A stretch of 64,000 nucleotides of DNA from a virus (Duplodnaviria > Caudoviricetes): positions 1-64,000 of IMG/VR virus record IMGVR_UViG_3300033072_000728; one strand, written 5' to 3'. Shown in pieces: positions 27,234 through 35,673 of this stretch (positions are counted from its first letter, which is position 1; each line of letters opens with the position of its first letter). Both the position numbers and the translations under genes were made by a program. The notes beneath the pieces were generated by a model. The model was not told the origin of the DNA and ran no database searches. It saw only the letters and a list, made by a program, of their open reading frames with translations.

Positions 27234-27397
27234 GGTAGAGTTGTTTGGTCAATATGGTCTTTCAATTTAAAAATAATGTCAAGGGATTGAACTTGAAGTT
27301 CGATTAACAATAGTAATAATTCTGGCGTAACAAGACATCGTTCAAAATTTTCAATAGGTTTAGTAACGCGAATGATGGTTACAATCGGTTTAATCAT
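27230..27397 (-). CDS. MIKP-family small protein (55 aa)
   Basis: MIKPIVTI. Confidence 0.7.
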   Translation of the reverse strand: MIKPIVTIIRVTKPIENFERCLVTPELLLLLIELQVQSLDIIFKLKDHIDQTTLP

Positions 27398-27578
27398 CTT
27401 CACTTATTACATAACATAAAATACTTATAACGTTTTCCATTTTGGAATAAGGGAAAGATTGGGATTTGCTATGAATATACGTCCACAAATAAACATCAAT
27501 ACAGGTTGTCCCATAATATACGTTAAAATCCGATCTAAAGTTTTTGGTTTTAAATGATGTTAGTGTAGGTTTATTCAA
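27390..27578 (-). CDS. MIKP-family small protein
   Basis: TTG AAT AAA CCT start at 27578. Confidence 0.65.
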   Translation of the reverse strand: MNKPTLTSFKTKNFRSDFNVYYGTTCIDVYLWTYIHSKSQSFPYSKMENVISILCYVISEDD

Positions 27579-27813
27579 TTCTATTCTTCCCAAATTGTAA
27601 TTCAAATATCTTATTTAAATGATAATCCAGTTTATCACGTTCATACGCTGAAATAGTTGCTTTATATGAAGTTTTTTGTTCCATTTCGGGTGAAAGTTTT
27701 ATCGTATTTGACCAACCCATTGCAATTAACGGAATTCCACGATAATGTTGTGTGGCATGTCTAATTACAAACCCACGTTCACAACTAATTTTACGGATGA
27801 TGGGTTTATTCAT
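27571..27813 (-). CDS. MIKP-family small protein
   Basis: MNKPIIRK. Confidence 0.75.
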   Translation of the reverse strand: MNKPIIRKISCERGFVIRHATQHYRGIPLIAMGWSNTIKLSPEMEQKTSYKATISAYERDKLDYHLNKIFELQFGKNRIE

Positions 27814-27991
27814 TTTGGAGTTGTTTCACTATCTGTTTGTAAGTTTCTTGATTTATACGGGTTGACAGTTCATTCCAATGTTTCCAATATAAACCGCTAA
27901 TAAACAATTCAAATGGTAGAGGACATAGTTCAAATTCTAATGAACGTTGGGAATTGACAAAATGCGGATATGTTATTTGAGGTTTAATCAT
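27806..27991 (-). CDS. MIKP-family small protein
   Basis: MIKPQITY start at 27991 within ORF-track frame. Confidence 0.7.
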   Translation of the reverse strand: MIKPQITYPHFVNSQRSLEFELCPLPFELFISGLYWKHWNELSTRINQETYKQIVKQLQNE

Positions 27992-28214
27992 AAAATTTAG
28001 AAATGAAATGTGCTCCAAACATTTTGCGTAAGGAAGAAACGATTCTTGCATCGTCAGATAATGTAATTTCTTTCCAGAAGAAATTATTATGAAATTCATT
28101 GGTTGGTAGTCGGATAGTACATAAAGGAACACCATCGTGGTGATTTGGCGCATACATTACAACTAGGTATTGAAGCGGGTTGTGTAATACCTTTACAATT
28201 TTTGGTTTAATCAT
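27984..28214 (-). CDS. MIKP-family small protein
   Basis: MIKPKIVK. Confidence 0.75.
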   Translation of the reverse strand: MIKPKIVKVLHNPLQYLVVMYAPNHHDGVPLCTIRLPTNEFHNNFFWKEITLSDDARIVSSLRKMFGAHFISKFYD

Positions 28215-28328
28215 TGGTTAAAAACTCCATTAAACGGTTCTGCAATCTTTCAGTAAAAGCTGGAATGCCATACTTGTCTGATTTTGCCAACCAGAATAAC
28301 GATGTTTTAGAATAAGTGGTTTAATCGT
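28207..28328 (-). pseudogene. MIKP-family pseudogene (ACG start, frameshift at A4 run)
   Basis: ACG ATT AAA CCA CTT ATT; adding one A gives ...RLMEFLTND*. Confidence 0.55.
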
Positions 28329-28364
28329 ATTTGCAAGAATTTTAACACATATTCTGGGAACGGT

Positions 28365-28511
28365 TTAGAGCGAGCAACATTTATGATCGGGGGGTTTCAC
28401 CAGACCACCATGATTTAAATAACGGATTCTAACCCCATCCCAAAATAATTCAAAATGAGTACAAACTCCAATATCCAGCCACAACATTGTTAGTATTTTT
28501 GGTTTGACCAT
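28365..28511 (-). CDS. MIKP-family small protein (possibly frameshifted at C6 run)
   Basis: MVKPKIL; 48 aa. Confidence 0.5.
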   Translation of the reverse strand: MVKPKILTMLWLDIGVCTHFELFWDGVRIRYLNHGGLVKPPDHKCCSL

Positions 28512-28600
28512 GTTCGTAATTTTTCAAAATCTTGAAAGATGATTTCACAAGTAGCCGATTTCCATTTACACCCGATATAATTTATTTTGGATTTAATCAT
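28490..28600 (-). CDS. MIKP-family small protein (36 aa)
   Basis: MIKSKINY. Confidence 0.6.
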   Translation of the reverse strand: MIKSKINYIGCKWKSATCEIIFQDFEKLRTWSNQKY

Positions 28601-28820
28601 TATTAAATTCCAACTCAAAAAATGGGACACATTCATCGAAATTGTCAAACAATTGTTGCCCAACATCTTCAATTCCATTTGTTAAATTTACATAAACTGC
28701 AACTTCGTATTTCCAGTTATTAACGTCATCCAATACTTGACTTATAGTTGTTATGTAATAAGAAGAATCGGATTTTCTCGATGAAACCGTATTGCACCAA
28801 TCTATTTTGGGTTTAATCAT
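28593..28820 (-). CDS. MIKP-family small protein
   Basis: MIKPKIDW. Confidence 0.75.
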   Translation of the reverse strand: MIKPKIDWCNTVSSRKSDSSYYITTISQVLDDVNNWKYEVAVYVNLTNGIEDVGQQLFDNFDECVPFFELEFNND

Positions 28821-28822
28821 TT

Positions 28823-28987
28823 CTATTTCCTTGAGATTAATTTGTTAAGCCAGTTTCTGATCTGAGTATTATATCTCTGATTTATGAACCGAACAAAATG
28901 AATAGGATATAACACCCGATCATACATATCAGCATCCGAATCTGTTATATCGACAAATCTTACAGTTTTAAGTTTGGGTTTAATCAT
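28823..28987 (-). CDS. MIKP-family small protein (54 aa)
   Basis: MIKPKLKT...NWLNKL. Confidence 0.7.
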   Translation of the reverse strand: MIKPKLKTVRFVDITDSDADMYDRVLYPIHFVRFINQRYNTQIRNWLNKLISRK

Positions 28988-29127
28988 GATAACTCTTGAA
29001 TACGTCTTTTAACGCGGTTGGTAAAACTCGATGGATAATACTCATCCCCATTTGCTGGACTAATTGATCTATCTTTCAGAGATCGACAACACATGACACG
29101 AACATCTAGGATTCTAGGTTTAATCAT
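28984..29127 (-). CDS. MIKP-family small protein (47 aa)
   Basis: MIKPRILD; ATGA overlap. Confidence 0.7.
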   Translation of the reverse strand: MIKPRILDVRVMCCRSLKDRSISPANGDEYYPSSFTNRVKRRIQELS

Positions 29128-29287
29128 TTTTCAACAAAACTTCCCAATGGTTTTTCATCCAATTCAACATCCCAGCATAAACAACAAACTGGGATGCATA
29201 ATTGCACCTTGGACTTGATGGGGTAGATTGAAAAGTATGTTTTTGGAAACCATTAAACACGCCAGTTTTAATCGAATCCTTAATCAT
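29120..29287 (-). CDS. MIKP-family small protein (55 aa)
   Basis: MIKDSIK...LKND*. Confidence 0.65.
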   Translation of the reverse strand: MIKDSIKTGVFNGFQKHTFQSTPSSPRCNYASQFVVYAGMLNWMKNHWEVLLKND

Positions 29288-29289
29288 TT

Positions 29290-29436
29290 AATATCTTTCT
29301 CAAAATTTCTCAAATATCGTTCCACCACGTTCAACCATTTTGATTCTTGTTCTGGGGTTCGATAATAAGAATCATATTCAACTGAATTGTTTTCATCATC
29401 GAAACATTTTACCTATTTAAACATAGGTTTTATCAT
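29290..29436 (-). pseudogene. MIKP-family pseudogene (TAG at codon 8 plus frameshift)
   Basis: MIKPMFK*VKCF...; another frame carries SKWLNVV. Confidence 0.55.
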
Positions 29437-29615
29437 AGTTCATTTAACCAGATCGTAATATCGTTAACATGATCCGAATATGATTCAACATTCCACCAGC
29501 CAGTGACTGGGTTTGGTACTTCTACCATCAATACACCTCTTTGGTTGAAAATGCGCCACGGATATAACCCCAGTGGTTCTGAAAAATCTACCCAGTGAAT
29601 TTTACGTTTAATCAT
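29433..29615 (-). CDS. MIKP-family small protein
   Basis: MIKRKIHWVDF...WLNEL. Confidence 0.75.
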   Translation of the reverse strand: MIKRKIHWVDFSEPLGLYPWRIFNQRGVLMVEVPNPVTGWWNVESYSDHVNDITIWLNEL

Positions 29616-29830
29616 TCTGAATAGTCTTGATCAAAAATTCTACAACCTCGTTACAATCAAAAACTGAACCAACTCTGATGGATTGTGAGAAACTATGGTC
29701 TTGATTCCATTTTCTAAATGTTAATGTCATATTGTTGAGAAATGTGGTTAAAATTATATTCTCCGATCAGTAAACGGACAAACTCATTATCTGGATTTAA
29801 TGTAAACCAGTTAATTGCGGGGTTAATCAT
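29608..29830 (-). pseudogene. MIKP-family gene with frameshift
   Basis: MINPAINW stops after 38 codons; shifted frame continues to ...EFLIKTIQND* with the usual overlap. Confidence 0.55.
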
Positions 29831-30066
29831 GTTACCCCGCCATTCAAACGTGTTTCTAATTTGCTGTAATAATTATCAAGGGTTTTCATAAGACCACGAT
29901 GTTTAAATAAACTTATTCCCCTTACCGTATTCTGGTGATATTGATCGACTGCTTCAAGCATCATTGAACAATGGCGTTTCCCTTTAATATATTCAAACAA
30001 CTTTCCAAGTTTGAATACAATATCACCATCACAAAAATATACTGCATTGATGTTGGGTTTAATCAT
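29827..30066 (-). CDS. MIKP-family small protein
   Basis: MIKPNINA. Confidence 0.75.
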   Translation of the reverse strand: MIKPNINAVYFCDGDIVFKLGKLFEYIKGKRHCSMMLEAVDQYHQNTVRGISLFKHRGLMKTLDNYYSKLETRLNGGVT

Positions 30067-30290
30067 TGTTTTAATCTATTAACTAACCAATACATTAGTT
30101 CTGGCTCATATAATTCATATTCGTTGTCATTAACGTTGTTATTCATATATGTCCGAACAAACATCCGAACGGTGGGTGGCCAAACTAATTCATCAGGATC
30201 ATATCCCAAAAATATACAAAAATTAAAGTCGTTATTAACAACCGTGCCATTAACCCCTACATACACATAAATTAGATTAGTTTTTATCAT
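30063..30290 (-). CDS. MIKP-family small protein
   Basis: MIKTNLIY...YWLVNRL. Confidence 0.75.
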   Translation of the reverse strand: MIKTNLIYVYVGVNGTVVNNDFNFCIFLGYDPDELVWPPTVRMFVRTYMNNNVNDNEYELYEPELMYWLVNRLKQ

Positions 30291-30490
30291 GACACTTTAT
30301 CAGTTAACCATTGAACCAATTCTGATTCAAAATCGGCATATATTTTCTTTTCGCGATTTCCGTTATTATTGAATTTCATAATGGTTAGTACGCATGGATA
30401 ATACTCCATAAAAATTCCAAAATCGAGAACAAAAACGCCTAGTTCATCTAGTTTGCCCATTTTTACGTAAATTAGTAGTGGTTTAACCAT
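30287..30490 (-). CDS. MIKP-family small protein
   Basis: MVKPLLIY...QWLTDKV. Confidence 0.75.
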   Translation of the reverse strand: MVKPLLIYVKMGKLDELGVFVLDFGIFMEYYPCVLTIMKFNNNGNREKKIYADFESELVQWLTDKVS

Positions 30491-30678
30491 TCAATAATCC
30501 TTTGTTTTTCACGTTCATAAGCATAGGTCAGCCACCTTGAACTATGCCCTAATTCAACCATTAGTTTGAAATCATATTCCATACCAGATCAAAGGATTTT
30601 TATACAAGATGGGAACCTAGTTGGAAACCATAACGGAGAATCAATTAAGTTGACTTCACGTAATTTTGGTTTAATCAT
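30470..30678 (-). pseudogene. MIKP-family pseudogene
   Basis: MIKPKLRE stops after 35 codons; another frame carries ...IIEWLNHY*. Confidence 0.55.
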
Positions 30679-30883
30679 AAGTTAGATACTTTCTTAATTC
30701 ATTACATTCCATCATATCTCCATTGTATTTTCCTTGCTGAATTCCACCTAGTTCATTGATGACTAGAACTAACCGTACATATCTAAAATGCTTTGTTTGT
30801 TTATCATAATGGTGTTGTTTAGATAATTGATAATAAGTTTCTGATTTTCTAAAGTTTAGAAGTTCGATGATGGGTTTTCTCAT
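30671..30883 (-). CDS. MIKP-family small protein
   Basis: MRKPIIEL. Confidence 0.75.
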   Translation of the reverse strand: MRKPIIELLNFRKSETYYQLSKQHHYDKQTKHFRYVRLVLVINELGGIQQGKYNGDMMECNELRKYLTYD

Positions 30884-31086
30884 AACTCATTTAACCATTG
30901 GTTTATTTCCTGAGTATGATTCTCAAACGGTTCATAAGTCCAATAATCGTTGGTTGGTGAATTAAACTCCAACAAAAGTTGTTGGTCATCATAATTTAAA
31001 AATATCCTGTATGCTAGTAGAGTACATCCTTTCCATATTCGATCTGGCTCTATGAAATCCACCCAATGAATCGATGATTTTTTCAT
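30880..31086 (-). CDS. MIKP-family small protein
   Basis: MKKSSIHWVDF...QWLNEL. Confidence 0.75.
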   Translation of the reverse strand: MKKSSIHWVDFIEPDRIWKGCTLLAYRIFLNYDDQQLLLEFNSPTNDYWTYEPFENHTQEINQWLNEL

Positions 31087-31322
31087 AGTTCATTCAGCCA
31101 GTTTTTGACATCAGGTTTATTAAAGAATTGATCTAGTGAATTAAAGTATTCGGGATCACGGGTATTATCACGATACCAGTGAAATGCACCGCCAGCCCAC
31201 CACACTTGTTTGTAAGAATCAAACACTAAATCATCATTTTGGATTCTATACCCCTTTGACAATGAAAACATATTGTCAAAAACCGTGTAGAACTCAACAC
31301 CGTGGAATAACGGTTTAATCAT
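31083..31322 (-). CDS. MIKP-family small protein
   Basis: MIKPLFHG...NWLNEL. Confidence 0.75.
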   Translation of the reverse strand: MIKPLFHGVEFYTVFDNMFSLSKGYRIQNDDLVFDSYKQVWWAGGAFHWYRDNTRDPEYFNSLDQFFNKPDVKNWLNEL

Positions 31323-31546
31323 AGGAGTTCTCGGGAAATAAACTCAAACATATTAACTGATTCATTCAATGTTTGATACAACATATGAGTTTCGGTCTGT
31401 TCCCCATTCAAAAACCGAACTTCTTTATACGAATCCGAAACCATTTCCCCATTCACGAACGTGGTTCCTGTATAACCCACACTCAATGATATAAATTCTT
31501 CGTCGTTTAGATAGAATAACAGTTGTTCAATGTGTGGTTTAATCAT
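31319..31546 (-). CDS. MIKP-family small protein
   Basis: MIKPHIEQ. Confidence 0.75.
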   Translation of the reverse strand: MIKPHIEQLLFYLNDEEFISLSVGYTGTTFVNGEMVSDSYKEVRFLNGEQTETHMLYQTLNESVNMFEFISRELL

Positions 31547-31764
31547 ATAGATAATCCTGTTTTAATATATTGAATAATTTGAAACGTATCATCAATATCA
31601 AGTGAATCTATTTGAGATAGTTGATATGTTGCTGTAAAAACTTTTTCAGAGTAATGATTCCATTTCATCTTTCTTGGGTTATCCATGAGCTTAAATGACG
31701 ATGACAAACTTATAGAGGTTTGGGTAGTGTACAACTTAATTCTTCGCAGTTTTGGTTTAATCAT
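31543..31764 (-). CDS. MIKP-family small protein
   Basis: MIKPKLRR. Confidence 0.75.
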   Translation of the reverse strand: MIKPKLRRIKLYTTQTSISLSSSFKLMDNPRKMKWNHYSEKVFTATYQLSQIDSLDIDDTFQIIQYIKTGLSI

Positions 31765-31963
31765 TAAGAAACTCCATTATCTGGCTTAACTCTTTCAAAT
31801 CATTGCATTCAAAAACTTGCCCTTCTGATTTTGCAAAATCCCATACTTTAAGTATAAAAATAGGCTCAAGTAACGGGTTATTAAACTGATTTCGGAAGTG
31901 TGATAGCTGGTAAAACTCGGTTTCAGTTTTCCATTTTACATATTTGATAACAAGTTTAATCAT
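31757..31963 (-). CDS. MIKP-family small protein
   Basis: MIKLVIKY...MEFLND. Confidence 0.75.
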   Translation of the reverse strand: MIKLVIKYVKWKTETEFYQLSHFRNQFNNPLLEPIFILKVWDFAKSEGQVFECNDLKELSQIMEFLND

Positions 31964-32151
31964 ATTTCAGTCAACCATTTGAATAAGAAATTCTCAAAAT
32001 CTTTATATAATACCGAGCACCATCCACGATCATCAGATAGTTCGACCGAAAAATTATAATCCCAAAAAACTCTATAATAGGTGCCCATTATCCCACTACC
32101 ATCCGTCGTAGTGTCCTTAAAATCTGCAAATTTTATAACGGGTTTAATCAT
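31960..32151 (-). CDS. MIKP-family small protein
   Basis: MIKPVIKF...KWLTEI. Confidence 0.75.
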   Translation of the reverse strand: MIKPVIKFADFKDTTTDGSGIMGTYYRVFWDYNFSVELSDDRGWCSVLYKDFENFLFKWLTEI

Positions 32152-32323
32152 TATTAAGGCTTTTCACGATAGTTTTACGGTGAGAGGAAAGTTCTCGTAG
32201 TTTTCAGACGATGCGCTGGATCAATTCTAGGTCAGTGTTAGCAAACAATGTCGAAGTGTATTGTTCCCATAATTAGTCGAGTTGTTCATTTAATGATTGC
32301 AACTCTGCTTTAGATTGGGTCAT
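32144..32323 (-). pseudogene. First gene of MIKP operon, two in-frame stops (TAA 32273, TGA 32204)
   Basis: MTQSKAELQSLNEQLD*LWEQ...QRIV*KLRE...SLNND*; frame ends in the standard ATGATTAA overlap. Confidence 0.65.
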
Positions 32324-32360
32324 TTTTGATTCGTGTTTCTATATCTTGATGGGATGTTTC

Positions 32361-32389
32361 ATTATACGTGACTTCGACTACTTAGTAAA
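32361..32389 (-). promoter_or_regulatory. Sigma70-type promoter heading the MIKP operon
   Basis: TTTACT-17 nt-TATAAT just downstream of a terminator. Confidence 0.65.
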
Positions 32390-32422
32390 ATAGTCAACTA
32401 TTTTCAGGTGGTGACAAACGAC

Positions 32423-32464
32423 AAAAATGCCTCTACACTGTTTTTCAAGTGTAGAGGCATTTTT
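32423..32464 (-). terminator. Rho-independent terminator
   Basis: 16-bp inverted repeat AAAAATGCCTCTACAC/GTGTAGAGGCATTTTT. Confidence 0.85.
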
Positions 32465-32479
32465 AGTTGTTCAGTTTGA

Positions 32480-32863
32480 TTACTTTCCCGAAACGGTCTT
32501 AATCATTTCCATCAGCTCATCAAAAGTTTCACGGGTGCTGTCCCACGAATCATGGTCATATTCCCGTGCCCTGTCCCAGACCAGTTCCTTATGTTCGTTG
32601 GAGAATTCTGGATACCCCGAAAAAGAAATATCTTTGAATTCATTCAATGCTTCAGCGTGAACAGCAAACAGCGCACGTCTATAATTGTTGATTTCATCAG
32701 TGTTGGATTCAACCTCAACAATGTTGGAAAATGCATGCGCATCGTCACGATTATCGAAGGTAGTAACCTTGCCATTTTTTACAGCGTGATACTTAGTGAT
32801 ACGCACAGGTGCTGGGCCAAGTGCTGCAATCTTCGCGGCGTGAATTTCTTTGAACGTGGTCAT
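32480..32863 (-). CDS. Hypothetical early protein
   Basis: 127 aa; RBS GGAG; own promoter and terminator. Confidence 0.8.
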   Translation of the reverse strand: MTTFKEIHAAKIAALGPAPVRITKYHAVKNGKVTTFDNRDDAHAFSNIVEVESNTDEINNYRRALFAVHAEALNEFKDISFSGYPEFSNEHKELVWDRAREYDHDSWDSTRETFDELMEMIKTVSGK

Positions 32864-32906
32864 GATGTCATTTCTCCGTTGGTTGGTTTGATTTGCATTT
32901 CTTACT

Positions 32907-32947
32907 AACCGATGAATCTATTATGCATCAGAAAACGCGAAATGCAA
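32907..32947 (-). promoter_or_regulatory. Early promoter, conserved-motif copy 1
   Basis: TTGCAT-16 nt-CATAAT followed by AGATTCATCGGTT; the 24-nt core is identical at 41636 and 42926. Confidence 0.8.
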
Positions 32948-32977
32948 GCGCTTTCAATCAATCCCCGACGAAATCAG

Positions 32978-34393
32978 TCAACTAATCATTGCGTATCGTT
33001 CAGAGCCAAGTGTTTGCATCATAACCCCAACAGGTGAGAAGTCAGATGCGCCCAGAATGGCTTTCATGATAGAAGGTGAGAATCCGCTAACCAGTGCAAC
33101 GCCAGACTTGCTAAAGCTCACTGGAACACCAACAGAAGCATTCAGGTTCCAGAAAATAACCTTTGGCACTTTGTAGCCAGCTTGCTCGTATTTTCGTTCA
33201 ATCATTTGCATTGCAGCGTCATTAGGTTCTTTTGTTGCGACATCAAACTGCATATCACTGAAAATGATAATGTCAGTTGGCATGTCACTTTCTGGCACCT
33301 TGCCTGCAATTCCTGTTTCTAAAATTCGTTCAAAGGTTTTTTCAAGATTGGTGTTCATTCCCCATTCGAGTGATTCAACTTCACGCTTCTTTGTCAGAAT
33401 TGTTTTCGACTTCAATTTCACTAAACTTGGATTTGCAGAGAACGTGCAAATCACGTCCTTAAATGCGCCAACATTCTTATCTGCAATATACAACCCAAGT
33501 GCAATACAAACTTCCATACAAGTAACTGAAGTATTATTTCCAGCACTGGTGCTCATTGAACCTGACACATCACAAACAGGCAAAATACGGCGGTTTTGTT
33601 GTTGAGCACTTTCAAGAAAATTAGGTAACGCTTTCCATTGGGCTTCAACTACTTTGGCATCATTGCCGCGTAATACATCATGCGGAAAGATTGCAGCAGC
33701 ATTGATCTTTGCATCACCACTGATTAATGCCTCTTTGTATGCACCATAACCTTCTGGATCATGTTTGTTGAATGCTTTTTGATAGTTCTTTGCTGCAATA
33801 CTAGGAACATGGTTGTAATTAATTTCAGTCCATTTATTGGCACACATTTTGGTTTCAACTACATTGGTAGTATTAACCAACAATTTGCGATACTCTTTTG
33901 GAGATATTTGCATGAAAATACGAAGTTCAGATGCTTCTTTGCCCTTACGTGGCATCCATTTTCCTGCTAATTGGTTTCCTGCTTTTAGTGCATCTTGAAT
34001 GATTTTGAAAGCATGATGTTTGACTTGTTTGGTTTCAAAAATCAGCAGATCATCAAACCGCCCAAATTCAGGCAAGTGTGACAGAAACTTGATGAGTGAT
34101 TCTGGATTATGTTTTTCAAGTGCTTTGAGACATTGGCGCACAATTTCACGTTCGCCTGCACCTTGACGAATATCGCGTGCCCATGCAAGTAGTTTCATTG
34201 CAATTGCTTGGTCTTCTTTGAACGCTTGAATAAACTTTGCCGAAATATCCTTACCACGGGATGCACCAATGGTAAAGAATAGATCAACGTGTGTATCCAT
34301 ACTGGAAACTTGTGTTGGCATTCCATTAGTGGTTTGGGTCAGTGGAATATGATTGTTTTGAATGTTGACTTGGGAGATAAAACGATTTGTCAT
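32978..34393 (-). CDS. TROVE/Ro60-like protein with C-terminal vWA domain (DUF2828-like)
   Basis: WARDIRQGAGER, GRFDDL, GKWMPR, VCDVSGSM (MIDAS DxSxS), WGMNTN, SDMQFD, VIFWNL, VSGFSP; start 34393 preferred. Confidence 0.88.
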   Translation of the reverse strand: MTNRFISQVNIQNNHIPLTQTTNGMPTQVSSMDTHVDLFFTIGASRGKDISAKFIQAFKEDQAIAMKLLAWARDIRQGAGEREIVRQCLKALEKHNPESLIKFLSHLPEFGRFDDLLIFETKQVKHHAFKIIQDALKAGNQLAGKWMPRKGKEASELRIFMQISPKEYRKLLVNTTNVVETKMCANKWTEINYNHVPSIAAKNYQKAFNKHDPEGYGAYKEALISGDAKINAAAIFPHDVLRGNDAKVVEAQWKALPNFLESAQQQNRRILPVCDVSGSMSTSAGNNTSVTCMEVCIALGLYIADKNVGAFKDVICTFSANPSLVKLKSKTILTKKREVESLEWGMNTNLEKTFERILETGIAGKVPESDMPTDIIIFSDMQFDVATKEPNDAAMQMIERKYEQAGYKVPKVIFWNLNASVGVPVSFSKSGVALVSGFSPSIMKAILGASDFSPVGVMMQTLGSERYAMIS

Positions 34394-34447
34394 AGTTGAA
34401 TTGTTTACTTGAGTGTTAGTGGTATGTGCGAGGGGAAAAAAAGAAAA

Positions 34448-34478
34448 ATGGCATCCCATTTTAATGGGACACCATATT
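34448..34478 (-). terminator. Rho-independent terminator
   Basis: ATGGTGTCCCAT/ATGGGATGCCAT stem with long T tail on minus strand. Confidence 0.7.
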
Positions 34479-34483
34479 GTTGA

Positions 34484-35635
34484 TTAATGCAAATGTGGAT
34501 GCATTAGTTCTTTTGCTTTATCGGTTAATTCTTCTTGCGCAGTACCACTGAATTCATATCCTGAAAATTCATTTGCACCAAGAGTAAAGTTTATAGATTT
34601 AACTTCAGTTCCTTCAAACTTTTCGTTTGCTAGAGATACAAGTTTTGCAAAAATTTCTTTTGGTTTTCCAGAAAACATAGACCGAGAAACGGTCATTCCA
34701 GAAAGTTTGGTAAGCGATTGGTCAAGTGATCCATTTGCTGCCAAAGTATTAATTAAGTTATTTCGGAAATCAATCTTACCTTTTGTAATTGGAATAACCA
34801 ACGTACCACTTGATAAAAGTTGTGGATTTTTTGAAAGGGCAAGACCGATTTTTTTGGCCTGGGCACTCACTTCCCCATATCGTTTAAGTAGGTCTGATTT
34901 TCCAAACAAAGATTCACTAATCGGGTGTTTCAGTGATTCCGAAACAGAATCATCCAAAACTGTCTGAATTTCAGTGTTGATTTTATTAACCGATGATGAA
35001 TCAAAACTCTGAAGTTTGTAAACCACGCCAGTCATTACATCGGAAACTTCAACTATTTTGTAACCCCCGCTTGCAATGGGCATAAACAAAACAGAAACTT
35101 CAATTGGTTTTTTAGTAACAGGATGCTTGACAAATACATCAACTGTTTGTTCTTCAGAATCATTGGTTTCATATACCAGTGATTCAGAAACTTTGGCCAC
35201 AATGCTTTTAGCTTTTGATTCACTGATCTTGAACTTTTGCATCAGAGCTTTAACTACGATCTGGGTGGATTCGTTAACACCTTTACGTTGAACGTGAATC
35301 TTTGAGCCAATCTGATGACATTTTTCTTGAATTGATTTCTTGCTGATTTTGTCAAGTTTATCAAACTCGATTTCGGTGCCAGTTTCTTGATCCCAAATTA
35401 CTTCAGGAAAGTAAGAATCAGTGTTTTCGTCATATCCGATCTTTACGCCGACCGTGACATAGTAACGATTGCCTTCACTTTCCTCAGTATCTTCGTCACC
35501 TTGAAAATATGGGTTTTCAATATCTTCTAACGTAAAATCTTCACGGGTAGAAGCAGGCACTTTACCCGCACTTTCCACTATCATCATGTACTTTTTAATA
35601 TCGGCTTTTGTTGAATCAATTAGCTTTTTGCGCAT
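34484..35635 (-). CDS. Late, probably capsid-internal protein
   Basis: 383 aa; repeated [IV]-x-E-S motifs; TAAATA upstream. Confidence 0.7.
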   Translation of the reverse strand: MRKKLIDSTKADIKKYMMIVESAGKVPASTREDFTLEDIENPYFQGDEDTEESEGNRYYVTVGVKIGYDENTDSYFPEVIWDQETGTEIEFDKLDKISKKSIQEKCHQIGSKIHVQRKGVNESTQIVVKALMQKFKISESKAKSIVAKVSESLVYETNDSEEQTVDVFVKHPVTKKPIEVSVLFMPIASGGYKIVEVSDVMTGVVYKLQSFDSSSVNKINTEIQTVLDDSVSESLKHPISESLFGKSDLLKRYGEVSAQAKKIGLALSKNPQLLSSGTLVIPITKGKIDFRNNLINTLAANGSLDQSLTKLSGMTVSRSMFSGKPKEIFAKLVSLANEKFEGTEVKSINFTLGANEFSGYEFSGTAQEELTDKAKELMHPHLH

Positions 35636-35667
35636 TTTAGTTATTATCCTTTTGTGTTATTTTGGTT

Positions 35668-35673
35668 ATTTAT
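35668..35673 (-). promoter_or_regulatory. Late promoter-like TAAATA motif
   Basis: GATAAATAA ~35 nt upstream of ATG 35635. Confidence 0.55.

Larger units (their letters stand above)
23018..32151 (-). repeat. MIKP array: ~39 tandem small genes starting with an ATGATTAAACC-like motif
   Basis: ggtttaatcat (or variant) recurs on + every ~110-250 nt across most of the interval; manual count. Confidence 0.9.

Noticed and set aside
23018-32151. Integron cassette array or CRISPR-like array
   Set aside because: No attC-like inverted repeats or integrase seen; the repeated motif is only ~11 nt and encodes the start of each gene
32361-32397. TTGACT as the -35 of the MIKP operon promoter
   Set aside because: 25-nt spacing to TATAAT; TTTACT at 17 nt fits better
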